Source: Ylistrum balloti (Eukaryota). From it: a stretch of DNA of 64,000 nucleotides. The position numbers and the translations under genes were made by a program. The notes beneath the pieces are model-generated. The model did no database searches, had not been told where the DNA came from, and worked only from the letters and a program-made list of their open reading frames with translations. Below are positions 12,240 through 23,470 of this stretch, piece after piece (position 1 is the stretch's first letter; each line of letters opens with the position of its first letter). The DNA lies in contig NW_026782491.1 of NCBI RefSeq assembly GCF_031769215.1, positions 334,882 through 398,881 on the forward strand. Reading direction: 5' to 3'.

Positions 12240-13871
12240 TTACTCGATGCGCGATAGCCCATCAGCGTTTGCATTGTTTGAGCCTTTTTGATAGTTAATG
12301 TCAAAACAATAGGGCTGTAATGCTAAGGCCCATCGCATCAGTCTCTGGTTTTTCAGTTTGGTTTTCTCCAGCCAAACTAATGGGTTGTGATCAGTCTCAA
12401 CCGTGAACTGAACACCATTCAGATAATATCCAAATGTCTCAATACTCCACACAATGGCTAAACATTCCTTCTCTACTGTCGAATAGTTAATTTCACGTGG
12501 GAGTAGTTTTCGACTCGTGTACGCGACTGGGTACTCATCACCGTCAACCTTTTGGCTCAGAACTCCACCTATAGCTGTGTTACTTGCGTCCGTTTGTAGA
12601 TAGAAATGCTTTTCAAAGTCAGGGTTGATTAACACTGGAGCTTGTGTCATTGCATCCTTCAGAGCCCTGAACGCGTTCACTCTATTTTCGGTCCATACAA
12701 CTTTTGTAGGTTCTTTTGATTTTAACATATCGGTCAATGGTTCCGCGATTCGTGCATAGTCTTTCACAAATTTACGATAATATCCTGTCATTCCGAGGAA
12801 TGATCTTGCTCCCTTTTTGGACTGAGGGAGTGGAAAATCAGTCATGACTTTTATTTTCAGGTCATTAGGCTTGACAGATCCATGGCCCATTTTGTTACAA
12901 TTATAACACCTGACATTCTTCATTGGCTCATCAGAAAAGTTCTTTTTCGATTCCGTCTTTGATGTTTCTACGGAAGCTTGACTAACCTGTGTTTTGGTTT
13001 TTGTTGTACTCCTCTCCGGAAAAATATAATCCTCTGCTGCATCCACAACAGTTCCAGATCCTTTGTTCCTGCGGATCCATTGTGCCTGTGACACTGGAAG
13101 AGCACTGAGGAAAAGTTCCTCTTCTATTTTCCCAAGAACATCTTCACTGTCATCAATGAAACGTATGACATATTGTTTCACTCTTGCCATAAGTCCACGA
13201 TATGTATCTTTTTGATGTTTTTGGACATCCAATAGCATTTTGAAGTATTGATATGGCTTTTTCCCATACCTTTCTATCAAAGCCTTTGACAGATCTTCAT
13301 ATGATTTGTGGGCTTGAGCTGAAACTTTACGAGCTTCTCCTGTTAGTAGACTTCTTAATTGAAGCATTTTCATTTCCAGAGTCCAGCCAGCTTGTGATGA
13401 TAATGCTTCAAACTCAGCGAGATAGGATATAATGTCCTCGCCTGAAGCATGATCATAAGGCTGTAGTTTCACTCTACATGGCACAGCACTTGCATTGTTT
13501 TTGTTTTCCAGCTTCAGTTTCTCAACTTCAAGTTCCATCATTTTAAGCTTTAGCTCAGCGTCCTTCCTTTCTTTTTCAGCTTCCATCCTTTCTTTTTCAA
13601 GTTTAAGTTCAGCTTCCATTTTCTCTTTTTCAGCTTTAAGTTCAGCTTCCCTTCTTTCCTTTTCAGCTTCCCTTCTTTCCTTTTCAGCTTCCCTTTCAGA
13701 ACGTAAGTTTCTTTCTTCAGCCTCACGCTGAAGTTTTTCACGTTCTAACTGAATCTTCTCCTTTTCTACTTCTGCTTGGAGCTCTAACTTTCTGATTTCT
13801 ACTTTTGACTGAGCAGCCGATAACTTCTGGGCTGCGTCGGCAGTCTCTCCGTCTCCTGTGCCTGTCGGCAT
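12240..13871 (-). CDS. Retroelement gag-pol remnant: gag (coiled-coil, E/K-rich) + CCHC zinc knuckle + RT C-terminal connection + RNase H; no protease, RT core or integrase
   Basis: 543-aa ORF starting at an ATG. It carries the CYNCNKMGH knuckle, FLGMTGYYRKFVKDYARIAEPL (Ty3/gypsy RT thumb/connection), FYLQTDASNTAIGGVLSQ...AYTSRKL (RNase H) and a terminal NADGLSRIE. Confidence 0.8.
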   Translation of the reverse strand: MPTGTGDGETADAAQKLSAAQSKVEIRKLELQAEVEKEKIQLEREKLQREAEERNLRSEREAEKERREAEKERREAELKAEKEKMEAELKLEKERMEAEKERKDAELKLKMMELEVEKLKLENKNNASAVPCRVKLQPYDHASGEDIISYLAEFEALSSQAGWTLEMKMLQLRSLLTGEARKVSAQAHKSYEDLSKALIERYGKKPYQYFKMLLDVQKHQKDTYRGLMARVKQYVIRFIDDSEDVLGKIEEELFLSALPVSQAQWIRRNKGSGTVVDAAEDYIFPERSTTKTKTQVSQASVETSKTESKKNFSDEPMKNVRCYNCNKMGHGSVKPNDLKIKVMTDFPLPQSKKGARSFLGMTGYYRKFVKDYARIAEPLTDMLKSKEPTKVVWTENRVNAFRALKDAMTQAPVLINPDFEKHFYLQTDASNTAIGGVLSQKVDGDEYPVAYTSRKLLPREINYSTVEKECLAIVWSIETFGYYLNGVQFTVETDHNPLVWLEKTKLKNQRLMRWALALQPYCFDINYQKGSNNANADGLSRIE

Positions 13872-13926
13872 TTTCAGTCTCTTTCAAGTTCGTTATGTAA
13901 CGGAGTCCCACACTTGATAGAGAATC

Positions 13927-13944
13927 TTTCACCGCTGCCACCAG
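13927..13944 (-). other. Putative primer binding site (TGGTGGCAGCGGTGAAAG on the - strand)
   Basis: It starts 1 nt after the 5' LTR's terminal CA and begins with TGG, which is complementary to a tRNA 3' CCA end. Confidence 0.5.
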
Positions 13945-14390
13945 TTGTTACCCTCAGCCTCCGGATACAATAGAGAAAATAACAATTAACTCTTGTCTTC
14001 GGTTCTAAACTGTATTAAGACTGGAAGGTACGAGTAGACGTGTGCCTAGCTCGGAGGTTTACATTGGACTGATTAAAACATGCATGATACAGACAATTTA
14101 CAGATACAATCAAACAGATGAAATTGATAATTATCAGAGATGAAGATAAGAGTGAAAGAATTCTAAAGTCTGTTTAAACTCTTGAAACTCCAGCAGGGGT
14201 CATTAATTGACCTTATCTGGCATACTACAACATTAACTGGTCATCGGCTGGTCACTACGCCTAATGTCCTGACAGTATGAAATTTATATAACATGGTACT
14301 GGCTAACATCAGACACCCTAAAATTGTACGATGAGCCGGAACACTAATTAAACTCGCCACTCACTCGGTGTCATTATTTCACTCTTAACA
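13945..14390 (-). repeat. 5' LTR of the element (in - strand orientation)
   Basis: Near-identical to 11541-11985, with about 5 mismatches. Confidence 0.8.
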
Positions 14391-16385
14391 CACGTCACCT
14401 GTTGTTGTGTTGTTAATCATGATGATGTACTAAACATATCCAAGAAAAGTTGCTTTAAAACTATACATTGTATAGGAATGTTGTATTTTGGTACACAGAG
14501 CAAATTGATGTAAATGGTATTATTAGGTGATTATGTTAGTTTATAATGATATTTTATCCAGTTGTATATTTGTGTTTATATAAGCCGGAGAAACATTAAA
14601 AAAGGTGAATACCAAAATTTTTGAACAAAATCCTTATTCGAAATCAGTATTAATTAAACCCTCTCAAAATAAGAGCAAAGGAAAATATTGGGGTGAAATA
14701 CAGGGCAACTTAGATTGTATTGTGAGGAGCTTTATGCTCATTCCGCCCGCCCCTGTGCTCAACTTTGGTCAAATGTCGCGATCTCAAAGAAAATATTGAA
14801 GCAATGACAACCTAACTACAAGGCACAATTTTGATCAAGTTTCTTAACCGAGTCACATTCTTATATTAAAATTAGAACGTGTAATGCATTTACTGAAAAT
14901 TATTCAAACAGAACCACTGTTAACTTTGTTGTACATGATAGATTTGTACATATGTTTAAGAATATTCATGAAGTTGAATATTGGAAGGCGTGCAATATAA
15001 TTAGGATACATATGTAAAATATAAATGATTAATTAAGTCATTTATTAAACATGTACATTATCAGTAATTATATTGTAATTCGTAAAGATATGATATTGCA
15101 TGATGTATTATTCAATGTTTTGTTATAGTTTGAAATTAGGACGTTTCTATGTAATATGTCTGTATTATTATAATTCCAAAACATTATGTCCATAAAACAT
15201 GTCTTACTCATTGCATGATATGTTACACATTTATTGTTTTATAGTTCATTCTTATATATTCTTAAAACACTTTTTGTTTCTGGTTTTTACTCATGAAACC
15301 CAAATTATATGTCACTTGTTAATCGTAAAGAAGTCTTGACAGAATATGTTCCAATTCAGATGATTAATATACAGGGAAGTGCATATTTCAATACGAGGCG
15401 ACTTGATTATATGACATGTTATTTTTAAAACAAATGGATATCCAGATCAAGCATTAATTACCGAGTAATTGATAAATTGGTTAATTTTCCTCGTTGAATT
15501 TTGTCTAGAATATCAAAATATTTGAAACAAATGTATTTACAAAAATAAATCAAATTACATATTTATATTGTTGTTAGTTAATATTTCGTTTTGTATTGTC
15601 TGATGACCAGGGCAAGCAATGAATCATATGCAATACTAGATTGTCAATATACAGGCGATGAACATCACAGCAATTTTTCATTTTCACTTTTATGTTTCCA
15701 TCGTACAACTGTGAATTGGTCAATACTGCTGAACAAGCACTACTTATAAGCATTACTTATACAGTCACAAAGACAGATTACTAAACTAAAGTTTTGGATT
15801 CTTTTGTTAATGAAACAATTGGATATGTTTCTCCACTCAAACAAACGAAAGATTAATTTTATAAATAGTAGGAAGTAATATGTAAGTAATGGGAAACCTG
15901 ATATGTTCTATAACATATATGAGGATCGTGATATGAGAAAACAATGCAGGGCTCTGGGTAATGTCTACACTAAATGTGATACCTACCAGGGGGATGTTCC
16001 CTGAACCGTTACACGTCATTTAATCTATATGAACTGGGCAGGTTTTTCCTGTAAATGATATCAATTTTAAACAGATTTTGTTTCGTCATAAATTGTAGCT
16101 ATAATTCTATTTTATCTTGGATTCTAAATTTAGATTAGAATAATTATTGATATAGCCCCTGTTAGTCTACGTTGTACATATATGCTTGTAGTCCGGTCTT
16201 AGTTTTCTTGCTTTTTTGGGCTGTGGGAAAATAGAACATGACTCGCGGTTATGATAGTTATGTATATATAATTTACGTGCGTAATAAAAATCACTAGCAC
16301 TAATATTATCAATCACAGGTTAGATATGAACTTCACCACCACCATCATTCAATTCTATCATGGAATTATTTGTTTACATGATTTA

Positions 16386-16612
16386 AGACATAACATAGCA
16401 ACTAAACATCCTGTCATATTTCTTTTACTGCAGTTGACCGTGTTTATATATATATAGACATCTAATGTTCAGTGAATTGGTTTCTTATGTTTGTATACAC
16501 AACATAGCAACTGAACAACCTGTTATATTTCTTTGACTGCAATTGACCATGTATGTATATAGACATCTAATGTGCAGTGAATTTATTTCTTTTGGGTGTA
16601 TTACTTTAAGTC
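16386..16612. repeat. Tandem duplication of about 115 bp, two copies
   Basis: The unit ...acatagcaactaaacatcctgtcatatttcttttactgcagttgaccgtg...gacatctaatgttcagtgaat... is repeated directly with about 90% identity. Confidence 0.7.
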
Positions 16613-17221
16613 GACAACTAGTTTCACTTTTAGGAATTAATGTAAGGAGGGATCGATATATCTAAATACAGTATACATACTTTTAGTTAGTAGCATTGGG
16701 AAGTACTGAAAATGAGATGCTTTTTTGAAATTGAAATAGCAATGAAAGGTTTGAAATTTTGTCTCCAATTCTGAGGCAAGAAAAAGCTTTACGCTGAAAA
16801 ATTCATTTGAGACGGTCTCTGTAGGTGGTATTCGCTCGTTTATCGTAATTGTAGACCTTATCGAGGTTATAATATTGGTGCTATACTACTGTTCGTGTTC
16901 CAGAAAAAAATGAAAACAGTCTGCAAGGTATTTTCAATTATTTATTGTCTTTATTATCTTTCAACACAAATAAGTTAGTCAGCATTGAATAACGACTTAG
17001 AAATGCTGGATTCTGTAGTGATAATAAGGATAACTATTTTTAACGTCAGATGATCATGTCACCACTTTGATGAAGAACAAGGACACGACTTATCCGTCTG
17101 TCCTTTGATATCGGATGTTCCAAAGATACAGGGCTGCCACAATATACATTTATGTTACTTGGCCTGTCGCCATGACATTGACACAGTTTTTTTTTTAAAC
17201 TTATTCTTTCCTTTTATGTAA

Positions 17222-17900
17222 AATAAGACGTTCATCTACCTATATGAAGTAACACTGAATGTTTAGATTAGTTAACTATTTGTTGACACAGTGGTTAACT
17301 CGGCTTGACTCATATTGGCGCATTAGGTACTAATTTTGGCGCATTTATTGTATGAACATCCAATACTATGAAGTGGTAAGAGAAGCGTTGATCTTCGTTT
17401 GATTTCCATTTTGTAAATGTCCGTTGATAACAGATCCGTATATGTTCCTTTCACATTAAGTCACCCTTTAAAAAGATATGCTAATTACAGGTAAGTGTTA
17501 CAAATAATTATCGTCCTATAATATACAGGTGACGTGAATTTGCCTCTAAATATATCTTATATATGTCACGATGGCCGAGTGGTTAAGGCGTTGGACTTGA
17601 AATCCAATGGGATCTTCCCGCGCAGGTTCGAACCCTGCTCGTGACGTTCATTTTAGACTGGTCAATATTTTTTTTTATTTCTATCAGATCTTTAAACAGA
17701 TATGGATCCAAATTATTGTTACAAGAGAGGTTGTTGCCGATACATGAGGTGGCCTGTCAAGATATCATGAAATAAAAATTCAGTTAATCAGAGATAAGAT
17801 CAATTAAAATAGTGTTTAACATTATATTCAAGAAAATTGTCCTTACCAAATTATACCTTTCCAGCGGAAACTAAATCAGATATGGTTAGTTTCAAGAACA
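17222..17900 (+). repeat. Segmental duplication unit A, containing tRNA-Ser (copy 1)
   Basis: Collinear with 22208-23050 at about 95% identity. It runs from taagacgttcatctacc... through the tRNA, a T-run and ...caagaacacatggaaaag. Copy B carries a roughly 200 bp extra segment. Confidence 0.75.
17565..17646 (+). tRNA. tRNA-Ser (anticodon UGA), 82 nt with a long variable arm
   Basis: Acceptor GTCACGA pairs with TCGTGAC, followed by discriminator G. The anticodon stem ttgga/tccaa encloses loop cuUGAaa. The T arm is GGTTCGAACCC. A TTTT pol III terminator follows. Confidence 0.9.
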
Positions 17901-19097
17901 CATGGAAAAGTAACATCATTTAATCTAAAAACTTTTGGTTTATTAATATATTAAAATCATTTTTGTTATTCTGGAGAACGTAAACCTCAAATGGTCCTTT
18001 TTGTTTTTACGTTAGATGATCTTGTCAACACATTGATCAAGAACAAGGACACGACTTGTCCGTCTGTCCTTTGATATCGGATGTTCCAAAGATACAGGGC
18101 TGCCACAATATATATCTATGTTATATGATCTGTCAAACGAAATACCCAGTGTCAGATTTATAATGATGTTTCTGTTTTCTGGTATTTGTAGAACATAAAA
18201 CAATCGCCGTCCGTGTAACAAATTCGCTGCAGTTCACTAAAACAGTTATATACGCACAGTTTCCCGTCCGAGGTATACGTTTCTTTTGGGTTGCGCACAT
18301 TCCGACCATGTGAATAAAGGTGTCACTTTCAACTAGATTGTAATCGTCATGAACACGGTACCACTTAATAGGTAGATATGGTCTGAGGCGGCAGCGGAAT
18401 AGCACTGTTGATGACAAAAGTACCACCACTGAGAGTATATTTTTGTATTTTGGTATCAGTCTTTACTTACATCACTCTGTAAGTAATATCGTTGACGTAA
18501 ACGAAGCCTTGTTATGTATTTATCATGTACTTGTCGTCACACCGGAAGAAATCTATCAACTCTCACCAGTTGACCATCTGGGAGGAACGTCCCTTCAGAG
18601 AAATATCTATTCCGTCGCGATGCAAAATACTTACACTCTTTTACTTTACGCAGTCATCATAAGATCCACACTATCAAGACTCCCCATAGGACGAATGATG
18701 ACAAGGGAACATAGCAAGTCGGACGTGGATTACGGATCTTCGATCAGAGACAACTCTGGTTTCAACATTAGTGAATCGATTATTTCTTCGATCCTAGTAA
18801 AGGCACTCGACTTCCCTTGTCAGACCTACAGCAAGGATTGAATGAGCGATGTTTGATACTGCATCCTCGTTCCTAAACATTAATTGTGTTTCTCTATAAT
18901 CTTTTACTGTTGTTTTTATAGTATGAACATGAGCCGTTAGCTGAGTCTTCATCTGTTCCTGAATGACGAAGATTTGTCTACCAGATGCGTGATCTAAAAT
19001 TGTCGCCATTAAATTGACACAGTTTTCCAGGTTAACCTGAAGCATTTGAGTTTCTCTTTGCACTCTGAATTTTATTCCATTTAGCTTTTACTTTTGA

Positions 19098-19577
19098 CTA
19101 AAAAGATTCATGCAGCATATCTAACTTGTTCTTTGCTTTTGTTATCAAGCTATCCATAGATGCCAATGTGTCTGTGTACTCTTTGTCAACTCTTTCAGTT
19201 TGCAAAGCTTCGTGCTGCGAAATTCTTTGTATTTCCTTTTTCATATTTTCAAATTCCGACGTAAATGCTACTTTATCTTTGTGTTTTTCTACTTGCTTCG
19301 CGATGTCTTCAATATATCTGATGGTTCTACAGCCATTATGATGTGTTGGAACACAAAGAGTACAGCACAGTTCCCTGTGATACAAACAGAATAATTCTAG
19401 CATTGCTCGTGGGTGTTTTTGACATTCCTCGTTAGAACGACTGTAAGCCAGCACTTTGTTGCTCAAATAGTCGAGTTCTTTAATTTCATGTGTCCTTGTA
19501 AGTCTCACTTTCTTGTGAACGTCACAGCAACCTGAACATAACGCCTCACCACACTCCATGCACCATGCGTTGGCTAT
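19098..19577 (-). CDS. TRIM-like gene, exon 2: B-box1 + B-box2 + coiled coil (IANAWCMECGEALCSGCCDVHKK...CQKHPRAMLELFCLYHRELCCTLCVPTHHNGC...KLDMLHESF, stop)
   Basis: Two B-box zinc-binding Cys/His patterns are followed by a heptad-rich region. An in-frame stop lies at about 19098. The downstream ORF 18794-19063 may be further C-terminal sequence in another frame. Confidence 0.6.
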   Translation of the reverse strand: MANAWCMECGEALCSGCCDVHKKVRLTRTHEIKELDYLSNKVLAYSRSNEECQKHPRAMLELFCLYHRELCCTLCVPTHHNGCRTIRYIEDIAKQVEKHKDKVAFTSEFENMKKEIQRISQHEALQTERVDKEYTDTLASMDSLITKAKNKLDMLHESF

Positions 19578-19635
19578 CTTAGTAACTTGGTCAATAAGGC
19601 AAACATCACAGTGTGTTTGTTTAGGACATTTATAC

Positions 19636-19845
19636 CTGCACTGTTACTTTGACCGACCATTTGCACGCTGGACAGTTAAATTGGTTTCCTGATGTGATTA
19701 ATTGTAGTCCAACAGACTCGATATAGGAACTAAGGCATTCCTCACAAAATGTATGTTTACACGGCAGCAGTCTCGGTTCTTGATATACCTTCGAACACAA
19801 CAAACAACGAAGTTTAGGTTCCTTAACATTGCTAACTGATGCCAT
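19636..19845 (-). CDS. TRIM-like gene, exon 1: C3HC4 RING finger (MASVSNVKEPKLRCLLCSKVYQEPRLLPCKHTFCEECL...CPACKWSVKVTVQ)
   Basis: The RING consensus is C-x2-C-x11-C-x-H-x2-C-x2-C-x(n)-C-x2-C. The exon ends at a cag|gtataa donor. A 58-nt GT-AG intron (19578-19635) joins it in frame to the B-box exon. Confidence 0.6.
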
Positions 19846-22207
19846 GTTTAAATCAATGTTTTTTAAGTATTGTCTCTTACCAAGCAAAAAGATCAAGAAA
19901 TCCTGTTTGATTTACGTTAAACATCCGCTATAATGTAATCAGCTTCCTTATTGATGACTCTCAAATGTTCGCCAGCTCAGAACATCATTACAGTTCACGT
20001 AAGACTGGAAATCCCAAATGACCTATGTCTTCCAGATAAAATGTACACGTCTTTTGATACCCATGTAAGGTTGTGACATTACGACTAGCCAAGCGTGTAC
20101 TTGAGTTACGAGTATCATTATAGTGTAGCCTTGTGGGAGTTACTTTTCTTGATTACATCATCCGATTACCAAAACCTTCATACAATTATGAAAAATTAAA
20201 TTGGTAAACTCATGATGAAGTAGATAATTTGAAATTTCATCCTCTTTAGGAGTATTTTTGTTTGTATTACACTGATGATATTGTATAATTTTGATAGTTT
20301 CGAATCTGTGCCTTAAAAAATAAAAAAAGAGCTTTCCATGAAGCTTATATCCCATCATGTCAACATTGTCTGAAACATTTGCTTGATAGACAGGCATCCT
20401 AAAATATTTTCCTTTGGAAAAAGTTGAGCATTGAAAAAAAAAGATATTTTAAGTATTTTTAACAGTTGACTTGGAAAAGATGGCTTTTGATGACCAGAAA
20501 TCGGCGGAAAATGTTTAAATAATTTCCATTTCTCTATTACAGTTGTTATTGTAATGTAGTTTATAAACATATCTGTTGATGTAATCTATGTCTCTTCTAC
20601 CGTCTACTATAAAGTATAGAAAATCAATTATTACCAATGCAGATTTTCTTATTTTCAATACAACAAATAAATGTTTTGAAAGGAATTTCATACATGTAAG
20701 AAACGTATCAGGTACTTTTAAAATGTATACAGGGCATTTCTTTACATTCTCACTTGTACTTTATACCTTTGTCATATTTACAAATTTGTAAAAGTATTGT
20801 TTTCAAAATGCATTCATTATTTTTAATTTACCCTTACATGTATGAATAAACATGTAAAACAGTAAGTAGCTTAAGTTTAAGCTCAAATTAAGCGCAATTA
20901 TGTTAAAGCTTAACTTTAAGCTTAAATTTAAGAATTTTATAAACACAAACAGGAATTAAATCATGGCTAACTACATGAAACCGGAGGCCACTTATGACAC
21001 AATCCCAGAAATAGTTTTGGATATCATCTATCGCATAAAAACCATGGAAAGGAAACATTACATCGATAACGTGCAAGTGCTCACTTGGAATTGTTTTCAT
21101 GAATATTCATATTTTAGCTACATAGTCCAATATCTCGATTTTGTGACTGTGTCCATGTTTCGATGTAGAGCAACGTCGAGCATGGTGAACATCTGAATGG
21201 GTGACAGATCCGAGTACCAACTTTTGGAATTAGTGAACGGATTTGGTATTCTTTAGGGTGCCATTTGACTGGACGGAGAGCACAATGTTTTTTTCTTTAA
21301 AAGGGCGGATTAGTCTAAAAGTACAACGCGAGCTGAATTCGAACCTGTACCGAAAAATCCCATCTGCTCACAAGTATAACGCCCTAACCATTGGCTATCG
21401 ATATAAATACTAAGTCCTAGAAGGATGAAACAGCTGTGTGATTTTTATTACAAGGTGCTATTCACTGTTTGTCTTTTGTACAGTCTTACGTCTTGTATAT
21501 TTAGAATCAATATAGATTTCATACATATGTTCTATTATACGCGATCAACATATGTGACAATATATAGGTAAAATGTAGATTGTGGATATAAAATCGTTTA
21601 AATGAACAGAGGTACGGATGTGTCCATAATTATAAGAAGAGGTAGAACAAGAACAAACTGACGGAGGACTAGTTCTGAGGTTATCTAAATTCAGCTGTTG
21701 CAGTGTTTGTTTGTACAATGTAGTTGAATAGGTTTGGATTAAATGAGGGAAATTACAGGCATATACCTGCCTTGTAATTAGGGTGGGCAACTTCCTGGTG
21801 TAAAATATTGCAGGTGTTGATAACATCCACTTTATAAGAAGACGATAATATTCCCTTTCTACCTACACCAGGGAATGGAATCGTAACACAAGGTTCTCTT
21901 TGGCATCCTTTATCACTGGTGTTGAAAACTTCTAGCCTGTCAATACATATATTATGCAAACTCACCTAACAGATTTTGAACACCAATTAGAGCAATTGTT
22001 ATTGTTATGTTTTTCAACCTGAAAAACAACTCTCTTTTATAAGTAGAATGTAAAAACAACAAAATTATCTTTTAAAATTATATGGATTTGAAAGCCATGC
22101 ATTTAAATGTGATCCTTTATGAATGGAAGCATAATGCTTTGAAATCAAGTCATACCGGCTTGTAAGTATGTATATACTAAAACACAATTTCTCGACCTAG
22201 ATTTTTG

Positions 22208-23050
22208 ATGTTAAATAAGACGTTCATCTACCTCTATGAAGTAACACTGAATGTTTAGATTAGTTAACTATTTGTTGACACAGTGGTTAACTCGGCTTGA
22301 TAAATATTGGCGTATTAGGTACTAATTTTGGCGCATTTATTGCATGAACATCCAATACTATGAAGTGGTAAGAGAAGCGTTGATCTTCGTTTGATTTCCA
22401 TTTTGTAAATGTCCGTTGATAATAGATCCGTATATGTTCCTCTCACATTAAGTCACCTTTTACAAATATGCTAATTACAGTGTTACAAATAATTATCGTC
22501 CTACAATATACAGGTGACGTGAAGTTGCTGCTATATATATATTGTATATGTCACGATGGCCGAGTGGTTAAGGCGTTGGACTTGAAATCCAATGGGATCT
22601 TCCCGCGCAGGTTCGAACCCTGCTCGTGACGTTCATTTTAGACTGGTCAATATTTTTTTTTATTTCTATCAGATCTTTAAACAGATATGGATTGACATTA
22701 TGGAGAATTGCTTCATAGATTAAGGATTATGAAAAATTTATATTTTTAACCTGTCTTACACTAGAACACCGTTGTATATAAAATGGTATTAATTTTATTG
22801 TGGAATTCGCATTATTTGACTCACGCATCCGATACCAGTGTCAGATTTTAAACATTTAGATTAACCTTTGCCCATTATTGCTACAAAAAATGAGGTGGCC
22901 TGTCAAGATATTATGAAATAAAAATTCAGTTAATCAGAGATCAGATAAATTAAAACAGTGTTTTACATTAGATTTAAGAAAATTGTCCTTAACAAATTAT
23001 ATCTTTTCAGCGGAAACTAAATCAGATATGGTTAGTTCCAAGAACACATG
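22208..23050 (+). repeat. Segmental duplication unit B, containing tRNA-Ser (copy 2)
   Basis: Collinear with 17222-17900. Confidence 0.75.
22550..22631 (+). tRNA. tRNA-Ser (anticodon UGA), identical to the copy at 17565
   Basis: Same 82-nt sequence, same flanks and a T-run terminator. Confidence 0.9.
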
Positions 23051-23099
23051 GAAAAGCAACATTATTTGCTTAGATAATATTCTCGCTTACAATTAGAAG

Positions 23100-23230
23100 T
23101 ATGCGTCCCAATGTAAAATAGTATCTTTTAGCCAGTGTACATCGTTGTTAGTAAATATTAAAGTATAATAGTATATTTTAGCAAGTTTACTTTGTTGTCA
23201 GTAAATATCAACCTTTAATAGTATATTTCA
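23100..23230. repeat. Tandem repeat of about 55 bp, about 2.5 copies (agtatattttagc.agt..ac.t.gttg..agtaaatat...)
   Basis: Direct repetition visible by eye. Confidence 0.6.
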
Positions 23231-23289
23231 GCTAGTGCATAATTTTGTGGGTAGATATATAAGTTAAGCATGTATACCTGTTTAAGAAG

Positions 23290-23470
23290 TAAGACAAGTT
23301 TCAGCAAATACCACGGGAAGCTTCACACCATGTCAACACTAATGGATATAACCTTCAGTGAAGCTAGTTTTTAGTTTTCAGACACAGTTTCAGAGCTTTA
23401 CTGAAGCCAGTTTTTAGTTTTCATGCACAGTTTCGAAGATTCACTGAAGCTAGTTTTTAGTTTTCAGGCA
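23290..23470. repeat. Tandem repeat of about 58 bp, 3 copies (cactgaagctagtttttagttttcagacacagtttcagagcttta)
   Basis: Three direct copies with a few substitutions. Confidence 0.7.

Larger units (their letters stand above)
11541..14390 (-). mobile_element. Non-autonomous Ty3/gypsy-like LTR retrotransposon with LTRs, PBS, PPT and a gag-RNaseH fusion ORF
   Basis: Direct repeats of 445/446 bp with about 99% identity at both ends, each with TG...CA termini. The internal ORF carries gag, a CCHC knuckle, the RT-connection motif FLGMTGYYRKF, and RNase H (TDAS, ADGLSR). A TGG-starting PBS abuts the 5' LTR on the - strand and a purine tract AAGGGGGAGA abuts the 3' LTR. Flanks are gACGT and cACGT, a 4-5 bp target-site duplication. 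Confidence 0.8.

Noticed and set aside
13495-13741. ORFs on both strands inside the retroelement gag region (S/F/L-rich and K/L-rich)
   Set aside because: These are low-complexity translations of the E/K-rich coiled-coil coding repeat in alternative frames and strands.
18443-18841. 132-aa + strand ORF overlapping the TRIM-like locus antisense
   Set aside because: No homology and unbiased composition. It is most likely a spurious antisense ORF.
19064-19100. Possible intron joining the TRIM coiled-coil ORF to ORF 18794-19063
   Set aside because: No GT/AG pair gives an in-frame join. Every candidate produces a stop. The gene most likely terminates at about 19098.
21290-21400. tRNA-like sequence on the - strand (ccaatggttagggcg...ggttcgaattcagctcgcg)
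   Set aside because: It has D- and T-loop-like boxes, but the T stem (acagg/tcagc) and the acceptor stem do not pair. It is probably a decayed tRNA pseudogene or SINE head, and I am not confident enough to call it a feature.
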